From the NCBI GenBank assembly GCA_965248195.1, contig CBDFIQ010000001.1, forward strand, positions 1,184,001-1,248,000: a stretch of 64,000 nt of DNA, in the 5' to 3' direction. Below, piece after piece: positions 57,018 through 64,000 of the stretch. The DNA comes from Longimicrobiales bacterium (lineage in GTDB: Bacteria > Gemmatimonadota > Gemmatimonadetes > Longimicrobiales > Gaopeijiaceae). A program made the translations under genes and the position numbers. The notes beneath the pieces were generated by a model. That model was given only the letters and a program-made list of their open reading frames with translations. It had not been told where the DNA came from and ran no database searches. The stretch's first letter is position 1; every line of letters begins with the position of its first letter.

Positions 57018-59063
57018 ATGATGACTCGGGACCGAAGTGGTGTGTTACGTTCAGTTCTCCCGAGCCTGGTTCGGTCACTGACTCTGATCGGGGCCGTGTT
57101 GGCTTCGAGCTCAGCGTACGCCCAAGAACGGGGTACACCGTACGGCGAATGGCGCTACTGGGGCGCGGATGCATGGAGCACGCGGTACTCGCCCCTCGAC
57201 CAGATCAACGCCGACAACTTCGATGACCTCGAGCAGGCCTGGGTCTGGCGGGGCGACAACTTCGGGCCCTCGGTCGATTACATTTTGCGTGCCACTCCGA
57301 TCTACGTAGGTGGCAAGCTCTTCACCGTGGCCGGGCAAAGCCGGACGGTCGTGGCCCTCGACCCCGCGACCGGAGAGTCGCTCTGGTTGTATCGTGAGCC
57401 CCACACGACTCGGTGGGAGCGCTCGTCCCGAAAGAGCCACGGAAAGGGCGTGGCCTACGCCGAGATCGACGGGCGGGGCGTGATCTATCTGGTCACGCCG
57501 GCATTTTTCCTACACGCTTTGGACGCCGAGACGGGGCGGCCGATCGAGGGCTTCGGCGAGCCCGTGCCCCTCGACGGCTTCGAAGAGGGCGGCACGGTAG
57601 ATCTGCTGGCGGATCTCGGCCACCCCTATGACCCGGACTACGGCATCCCCGACTCGATCGGGTATATCACGAATACGTCGCCACCGATCGTCGTGAATGG
57701 GGTGGTGTTGATGGGGAACTCGAACTTGACGGGGCGCCTCGATACCCGCACGGAGAACGTGCCGGGCGACATCCTCGCGTACGACGCCCGGACCGGAGAG
57801 CATCTCTGGAAGTTCAATGTCGTCCCGCAACCCGGTGAGTTCGGCCATGAGACGTGGGAGAACGATGCCTGGTCCTGGAGTGGGAACGTCAACACGTGGC
57901 CTCCCCTGTCCGCCGATCTGGAACGGGGCATCGTCTACATTACCACCGACGCGCCGACCAACGACTACTTCGGCGGCTTCCGGCCGGGCGACAATCTCTT
58001 CGGAAACAGCATCGTCGCCCTGGACGTACGAACGGGGGAGCGGCTCTGGCACTTTCAGGCGATCCACCACGATGTCTGGGACCGGGACTTCCCGCTTCCC
58101 CCGAATCTCGTGGACCTGACAGTGGATGGTAGAGAGATTCCCGCGCTGGTTCAGAGCTCCAAACAGGCCTTTGTATACGCCTTCAATCGGGTGACCGGGG
58201 AGCCTATTTGGCCCATCGAGGAGCGGCCGGTGCCTCAGACCGACGTTCCTACGGAGCAGACTTCACCGACGCAGCCCTACCCTACCCGACCCGCAGCGTA
58301 CGAAATGCAGGGGCTCACGGAAGACGACCTCATCGACTTCACGCCGGCGCTCAACTCGTTGGCGCGCGAGATCGCCAGCGAGTGGCGCCTCGGCCCCATG
58401 TACAACCCGCCGCTCCACTCCGAGAATGCCGAGGGAAAGAAGGGGGCGGTGTTTTGTCCGGCTGCGGGAGGTGGATCCAACATCCCGGGCGGTACCGTGA
58501 TGGATCCGGAGAGCGGAATCATGTACGCGGCGTCCGTGAAGACGTGTAGCGCGTTCGTTTTGGTGCCGGGCGAGGACAGGGATGCCGTGATGACGGGGCA
58601 GTCTGGTAGAACCATCGTCGAGTGGCATCACTCGCCTGTGCCGGGTGGATTTCGCGGCCCTGAGGGACTCCCGATGTTAAAGCCCCCGTACGGGCGGATC
58701 ACCGCGATCGATATGAATACCGGTGAGCACCTGTGGTGGATTCCCAACGGGGATACGCCGGAGCGCATCACGAACCACCCCATGCTTCAAGGGGTGGATC
58801 TTCCGAACACTGGCCAGTCGTCTCACGCCACGGCCATGGTTACGCGCAGTCTCCTCATCTATGGCGAAGGGCGGAGCGGGGAGCCGCGCATGCACGCTGT
58901 GGACAAGCGCACGGGGGAACGGCTCGGCACGGTCGGGTTGCCGGCGACCACGGACACCGCTCCGATGACCTTCTTGCACGAAGGTAGGCAATACATCGTT
59001 ACCGCCGTTTCGGGGCCCCAACTTCCGGGATCGCTCGTTGCGCTACGGCTCCCCCTCCCGTGA
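57018..59063 (+). CDS. Soluble PQQ-dependent dehydrogenase (quinoprotein glucose dehydrogenase-like, no TM domain)
   Basis: RYSPLDQIN, RPGDNLF, HHDVWDRD, WPIEERPVP, KPPYGRITAID. Confidence 0.9.
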   Translation: MMTRDRSGVLRSVLPSLVRSLTLIGAVLASSSAYAQERGTPYGEWRYWGADAWSTRYSPLDQINADNFDDLEQAWVWRGDNFGPSVDYILRATPIYVGGKLFTVAGQSRTVVALDPATGESLWLYREPHTTRWERSSRKSHGKGVAYAEIDGRGVIYLVTPAFFLHALDAETGRPIEGFGEPVPLDGFEEGGTVDLLADLGHPYDPDYGIPDSIGYITNTSPPIVVNGVVLMGNSNLTGRLDTRTENVPGDILAYDARTGEHLWKFNVVPQPGEFGHETWENDAWSWSGNVNTWPPLSADLERGIVYITTDAPTNDYFGGFRPGDNLFGNSIVALDVRTGERLWHFQAIHHDVWDRDFPLPPNLVDLTVDGREIPALVQSSKQAFVYAFNRVTGEPIWPIEERPVPQTDVPTEQTSPTQPYPTRPAAYEMQGLTEDDLIDFTPALNSLAREIASEWRLGPMYNPPLHSENAEGKKGAVFCPAAGGGSNIPGGTVMDPESGIMYAASVKTCSAFVLVPGEDRDAVMTGQSGRTIVEWHHSPVPGGFRGPEGLPMLKPPYGRITAIDMNTGEHLWWIPNGDTPERITNHPMLQGVDLPNTGQSSHATAMVTRSLLIYGEGRSGEPRMHAVDKRTGERLGTVGLPATTDTAPMTFLHEGRQYIVTAVSGPQLPGSLVALRLPLP

Positions 59064-59140
59064 AGGCGGCGCCTGCCCGGCCCGGTTCTTTTCTGGGACT
59101 GGGGCGGAGCCGCTTCAGGACGAGTGTACTGTATCACGAT

Positions 59141-59220
59141 GTACTAAGAACGCGTACTGAGAACGCGTACTAAGAATGCGTACCAAGAAACGCGATGTAC
59201 CAAGCACGCGATGAACTAAA
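59141..59220. repeat. 13-17 bp degenerate tandem repeat array upstream of the MBL gene
   Basis: gtactaagaacgc, gtactgagaacgc, gtactaagaatgc, gtaccaagaaacgcgat, gtaccaagcacgcgat. Confidence 0.85.
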
Positions 59221-59236
59221 AAAAGGAGCGTCACGA

Positions 59237-60016
59237 ATGGAGAACGTCGTGCGTAGTCTCGCCTCGGGTGCGATATCCCTCACGCTGATCGTCGCGCTCG
59301 GCTCCTGCAGTGCGGAGAGCGCCGAAGACGAGATGGGGTCGGTGAGCGAAAACGTCGAAGTCGAGATCACGTCGTTCGTAGGAGCCGGCGTTCAGGTCGA
59401 GTTCGGCGGGACCGTGATCCACGTCGATCCTTGGAGCAGGGGCGATTACACGAACGCGCTGCCGGCCGACCTCATATTGATCACCGATGCGCCGGGAGAC
59501 CACCTGGACCCGGATCTGATCCAGCGGCTTCGTAAGCCCGGAGCCCCGGTCGTGCTTCCTTCTACACCGGAGAACGCCAGGGACGAGGGGTCGCGCGATC
59601 GGCTGCTGCGAGTCCCCGACGGCATCGTCATGAACAACGGCGACAACTTGACGTTGGCCGGTGTGCCCGTGGAAGCCGTGCCGATGTACGACATCCTCCC
59701 GGGGTCTCCATTCCACGCGAGGGGCGAGGGCAACGGATATGTCATCACCTTCGGCGGTCAGCGAATCTACTTCTCCGGAGTCACGGAGTGTGTGCCTGAA
59801 ATCCAAGCCCTCGAGGACATCGACATTGCTTTCATGCCGTTGAACCTACCCCACGGCCGGATGGTGCCGCTGGTTGCCGCTGAATGTGTAAAGATCATCA
59901 GGCCCGCGATCGTCTACCCGTATCATTACCGAGAGCTGCCGATCGACGAGTACCTCGAGGCTCTACGCGGCGAATCCGACATCGAGGTGCGCGTACGCGA
60001 CTGGTATCCCTCCTGA
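59237..60016 (+). CDS. Metallo-beta-lactamase-fold lipoprotein with degenerate metal motif
   Basis: IHVDP, ADLILIT-DAPGDH, GNGYV, IY.SG.T, DIAF.P, PYHY; LGSC lipobox. Confidence 0.75.
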   Translation: MENVVRSLASGAISLTLIVALGSCSAESAEDEMGSVSENVEVEITSFVGAGVQVEFGGTVIHVDPWSRGDYTNALPADLILITDAPGDHLDPDLIQRLRKPGAPVVLPSTPENARDEGSRDRLLRVPDGIVMNNGDNLTLAGVPVEAVPMYDILPGSPFHARGEGNGYVITFGGQRIYFSGVTECVPEIQALEDIDIAFMPLNLPHGRMVPLVAAECVKIIRPAIVYPYHYRELPIDEYLEALRGESDIEVRVRDWYPS

Positions 60017-60017
60017 C

Positions 60018-61964
60018 GTGACGGCCCGGACCCCGATCTTCCGCAGCCCCCTCCTGGCGGCTGTCGTCGCCGTCTTGCTCGCGGCTACGGGCGAGGGGAC
60101 CGCCCAGGCCGGGCCCACCGGAGGTGAGTGGCCGGTCTACGGGGGAGATCTCGGGAGCACCCGATATTCTCCTCTGGACCAGATCGACGCCTCCAACGTG
60201 GGCGAGCTGGAGATCGCGTGGCGGTGGTCGGCCCGGAACTTCGGGCCCAGGCCCGAGGGCAACTACCGGGTCACTCCCATCATGGTCGACGGCGTCCTCT
60301 TTGCCACCGCCGGTTCCCGTCGAGCCGCAGTGGCCATCGACGCCGGCAGCGGAGAAACCCTCTGGGTCCACCGGATGGACGAGGGTGAGCGGGGAAGGAG
60401 CGCACCCCGGATCAGCTCGGGCCGGGGCGTGGCCTACTGGAACCCCGGCGACGGGGGCGAGTCCCGGATCTTCTACATAACCCCAGGCTATCACATGATC
60501 GCCCTCGACGTGTCCACGGGACGACCGTTACCCAACTTCGGCCGGGACGGCGTCGTCGACCTGGCGGAGAACCTCCGAACCCGGCAGGGTCTCGATCCCG
60601 TCGGTACCATCGGCTCGTCTTCGCCTCCGGTGATCGTCGGGGACGTGGTCGTGGTCGGATCGGCCCAGATCAGCGGCCGGCGTCACCTTTCACCTACCGC
60701 CATCCCGGGCGACGTCCGCGGTTATTCCGCACGAACGGGCGATTTGCTCTGGACCTTCCACGTCGTGCCTGAGGACGGGGAACCGGGAGCGGAAACTTGG
60801 GAAAACGATTCCAACGAGTACACGGGACACGCCGGCGTGTGGACCACTTTCTCGGCCGATCCGGATCTGGGTCTTGTCTACTTGCCCACCGAGGCACCCA
60901 CCCATGATTGGTACGGCGGAGACCGCCCGGGCGACAACCTCTATTCAAGCAGCTTGGTGGCGCTCGACGTCGAGACCGGCGAGGTGGTGTGGCACTACCA
61001 GCTCGTGCATCACGACATCTGGGACTTCGACACCCCGGCGGCGCCGATCCTTGTAGACATCGAGGTGGACGGCCGACCCATCAGGGCGGTCGTGCAGATC
61101 ACCAAGCAGGGTTGGGCCTACGTCTTCGACCGGGAAACGGGTGAGCCGGTCTGGCCCATCGAGGAACGCACAGTTCCGCAGTCGGACATTCCGGAAGAGC
61201 GCACTTCAGCCACCCAGCCCTTCCCCACGAAGCCGCCGGCCTTCACGCGACAAGGTGTGCAAGAGGACGACCTCATCGACTTTACGCCCGAGCTACGCGA
61301 GAGGGCGAGGGAAGTCGTGGCGGATCTGGAGTTCGGCTCGCTCTTCAGTCCGGCCAGACTGTTGGATCCCGACAACGGATACCGCGGCACGCTGAGGGTT
61401 CCGCGCTCGACCGGTGGGGCCAACTGGGAGGGAGGTGCGGTCGATCCCGAGACCGGTGTCCTGTACGTGGCCTCCCAGATGGGTCCGCGGGTGGAGGCGT
61501 TGGAGCCTGCCCGCGAAGGTGTCGAGGCGGACTACACGGTGGCGTCCGTCGGTGTACCCCTGAGCGTCGACGGGCTTCCCATCCTGAAGCCCCCTTACGG
61601 CCAAATCACGGCCATCGACCTGAACCGGGGCGAGATCCTCTGGCAGATTGCGAACGCGGATACGCCGGACGAGATCGCGAACCATCCGGCCCTCGCCGGG
61701 ATCGATCTGCCCCGCACCGGGCGTCCGGCCCGGGTCGGGCAGCTCGCGACCCGGACCTTGCTCTTCGCCGGGGAGGGCGTCGGCGGGAAGCCGATCCTCC
61801 GGGCTCACGACAAGGCCACTGGTGAGATCCTGGCCGAGATCGAGCTCCCCGCCCCCCAGACCGGCCTCCCCATGTCGTACATGCTCGACGGGACCCAGTA
61901 CGTGGTGGTAGCCGTGGGAGACCGAAACAATCCTGCCGAGTTCGTGGCCTTCAGACTTCCTTAG
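60018..61964 (+). CDS. Soluble PQQ-dependent dehydrogenase (paralog of 57018..59063)
   Basis: RYSPLDQID, RPGDNLY, HHDIWDFD, GGANW.GG, KPPYG. Confidence 0.9.
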   Translation: MTARTPIFRSPLLAAVVAVLLAATGEGTAQAGPTGGEWPVYGGDLGSTRYSPLDQIDASNVGELEIAWRWSARNFGPRPEGNYRVTPIMVDGVLFATAGSRRAAVAIDAGSGETLWVHRMDEGERGRSAPRISSGRGVAYWNPGDGGESRIFYITPGYHMIALDVSTGRPLPNFGRDGVVDLAENLRTRQGLDPVGTIGSSSPPVIVGDVVVVGSAQISGRRHLSPTAIPGDVRGYSARTGDLLWTFHVVPEDGEPGAETWENDSNEYTGHAGVWTTFSADPDLGLVYLPTEAPTHDWYGGDRPGDNLYSSSLVALDVETGEVVWHYQLVHHDIWDFDTPAAPILVDIEVDGRPIRAVVQITKQGWAYVFDRETGEPVWPIEERTVPQSDIPEERTSATQPFPTKPPAFTRQGVQEDDLIDFTPELRERAREVVADLEFGSLFSPARLLDPDNGYRGTLRVPRSTGGANWEGGAVDPETGVLYVASQMGPRVEALEPAREGVEADYTVASVGVPLSVDGLPILKPPYGQITAIDLNRGEILWQIANADTPDEIANHPALAGIDLPRTGRPARVGQLATRTLLFAGEGVGGKPILRAHDKATGEILAEIELPAPQTGLPMSYMLDGTQYVVVAVGDRNNPAEFVAFRLP

Positions 61965-62414
61965 CAGGCCGATGAAGGAGTGCCGCGCAGCGTGCGCGGC
62001 GGCCACCGGGTCGGCGGATACGAGCGTACTTGCGCGGCCATGTGCCGGTTTCCGAAGTCTTCGGGGCGGGTCGTCTGGACCCTGCGAAATGGTGGCAGGA
62101 CGTATCCGGCGATCGCCCAGCGAGGTGGCTCTCCTAGTTTCCCCATCGGGGATCGTGGAAATCCCCGCCACGCTTGACGCTTGCGCACCCACAGTAGGAT
62201 CGCCACTGTACTTTTTTATATCACCCTGATTTAGGGGCCGTACCCGCTTTCCCAGGACGTTGGGCGAGCAAACATTCCGAGCGAATTACTTCGGGAGTGG
62301 GTGCTGATTTCGTAGGTGCCGCGGACCTGAAAGCGGCACCGGGACTACCGTGATCGGACGGAGGCGGCTCAGTTGGAGCCGAGCGCCTGTCTTCTTCAAG
62401 ATGGAGGATGTGAA

Positions 62415-64000
62415 ATGTCCAGATTGATTCGTTTGTGTATGACGCGAGTTCTGGGAGCGCTGGCGGCGGCAATATTGATCGCCGCGACAGGTCTCATGGC
62501 TCAACAAGGCGGCACAATCACCGGCCGAGTCACCGATACGCGGAGCGGACTGCCGGTCGTGTCAGTCCAGATCTTCATCCAGAGCTTGGACCTCGGCGGC
62601 CTCTCGCAGCAGAATGGCCGCTACCTGCTTCAGAACGTTCCCGCGGGCACGCACGAGCTCAGCGTGGCGCGGATCGGTTACCGCACGATCGCGCAGCAGG
62701 TCACGGTGGGTGGTGGCCAGACGGTGGAGCTCAACTTCGAAATCGCTGAGGAAGCGCTGGCGCTCGACGAGATCATCGTCACCGGGACGGCGGGTGGCAC
62801 ACAGCGGCGGGCTATCGGGAACGTCGTGGAACGACTCGATGCGGCGGCGATTCAGGAAATCGCTCCGGTGACCAGCGTAGAGCAGATGCTCACCGCGCGG
62901 GTTCCGGGATTGTCCATGCAGTCTGCGGGTGGAACGATTGGGGGCGGACAGGCTCAAATCCGGATCCGGGGCTCCTCGAGCGTCGGACTCGTCAACGATC
63001 CCCTGGTCTACATCGACGGCGTACGGATGAACATCGACCGTGAGGAGGGTCGCAGGCAGACGGCGGGTAGGCTGAACGACATCAATCCCGAAGACATCGA
63101 GAGCATCGAGGTGATCAAGGGTCCCGCAGCTGCCACGCTTTACGGGACGGAAGCGTCCAACGGGGTGATTCAGATCATCACGAAGCGGGGTGCGCAGGGC
63201 GACGTGCAGTTCAACGTAACCGCCGGGCTCGGGATGAATTACCTGAGAGATCCGTCGAGCCAGGTGTTCACGAATTACGGCACGGGCGCCAACGGCGAAC
63301 TGCTCATGATGAACATCGTCGATGCCGAGGAACAGCGTTTCGGTCAGCCGTTGTTCAGAAACGGGCTTCTGCAGGAGTACAGCCTGTCGGCACAAGGCGG
63401 AACGGACCGGATCCGCTACTTCGCTTCCTTCAATCGAAACGACCAGAACGGTTGGGTTCGATGGAACTGGGACACGAGCCAGACGGGACGGCTTAACCTC
63501 GACCTTACGGTCGACGACCGGCTCTCGATCGGGATCAACAGCTCCCTGATGAGCGGGTTGACGCGGTTGGCCGGCGATTTCTGGGTACAGACCATGAGGG
63601 GGTCCCCCGAGGATGCTGGGGACTTCGGGGGGATTGACACTCGGCTCCGGGGCTTTGGATCGCGCACGCCCGAGGGGATAAGTGACTTCCGCACATGGAT
63701 GTTCGATACGGAGCGCAAGAACGCGAGCGTTCGGGTCCAGTACGCCCCGGTGCCCTGGTTCCAGAACCGACTCGTTTATGGAGTCGACCTCACGGATCAG
63801 GTCGAAAACATCACCCTCCTCCGCGAACCCGACGCGCCAAACGGGGAATGGAGGAATCGCGGACTCGGGGAGAGAGACGTCTTCAGCCTCGAGACCCAAC
63901 TCCAGACTCTGGACTATGCAGGAACTGTGAGTTACAACGCCACGGACCAACTCGGGACCGCCACGTCGTTCGGGTTCCAGTACTACAAGAAGCGCGTGTG
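62415..64000 (+). CDS. Second SusC/RagA TonB-dependent receptor (3' truncated; absent from ORF track)
   Basis: Read by hand from ATG 62415: MSRLIRLCMTRVLGALAAAILIAATGLMAQQGG...; DIESIEVIKGPAAATLYG encoded near 63100; N-terminus nearly identical to SusC-1. Confidence 0.9.
   Translation, partial: MSRLIRLCMTRVLGALAAAILIAATGLMAQQGGTITGRVTDTRSGLPVVSVQIFIQSLDLGGLSQQNGRYLLQNVPAGTHELSVARIGYRTIAQQVTVGGGQTVELNFEIAEEALALDEIIVTGTAGGTQRRAIGNVVERLDAAAIQEIAPVTSVEQMLTARVPGLSMQSAGGTIGGGQAQIRIRGSSSVGLVNDPLVYIDGVRMNIDREEGRRQTAGRLNDINPEDIESIEVIKGPAAATLYGTEASNGVIQIITKRGAQGDVQFNVTAGLGMNYLRDPSSQVFTNYGTGANGELLMMNIVDAEEQRFGQPLFRNGLLQEYSLSAQGGTDRIRYFASFNRNDQNGWVRWNWDTSQTGRLNLDLTVDDRLSIGINSSLMSGLTRLAGDFWVQTMRGSPEDAGDFGGIDTRLRGFGSRTPEGISDFRTWMFDTERKNASVRVQYAPVPWFQNRLVYGVDLTDQVENITLLREPDAPNGEWRNRGLGERDVFSLETQLQTLDYAGTVSYNATDQLGTATSFGFQYYKKRV

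Noticed and set aside
57018..61964. D-x-D (WDRD, WDFD) as evidence of lanthanide dependence
   Set aside because: The same pattern occurs in Ca/Mg-type quinoprotein glucose dehydrogenases, so it is not diagnostic here

Overview
GC-rich bacterial window, probably Gemmatimonadota-like (inferred from the style of the SusC/SusD genes, the DUF5916 proteins and the many PQQ enzymes). It is packed almost entirely with exported (Sec/Tat/lipoprotein) enzymes. I found no rRNA, tRNA, CRISPR array, transposase or transcription regulator. The main signal is a repeated two-gene module present five times. One gene encodes a secreted cytochrome c (CxxCH...MPP) fused to a PHM/DBH-type copper monooxygenase that keeps all six Cu ligands; the other encodes a secreted partner of unknown function ending in CC(W/F)TNxYV. 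One copy lies directly downstream of an intact-looking PAL-type (peptidyl-alpha-hydroxyglycine lyase) NHL propeller and an amidohydrolase. Malate synthase G, which assimilates glyoxylate, lies between other copies. Together these suggest a bacterial, heme-fed PAM-like (PHM+PAL) oxidative amidation or glycine-cleavage system (inference, untested). A second oddity is a LeuC-type [4Fe-4S] large subunit with a twin-arginine signal, accompanied by three divergent LeuD-like genes. Other content: gluconate-2-dehydrogenase-like pair, MoxR/DUF58/VWA (Bat) operon, octaheme cytochrome c, PhoD, a PhnA-like hydrolase with a Tat motif, two SusC genes with a conserved structured leader, three PQQ dehydrogenases and several short intergenic tandem repeats. 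All calls come from motif recognition by eye; several start codons were moved to RBS-supported positions.
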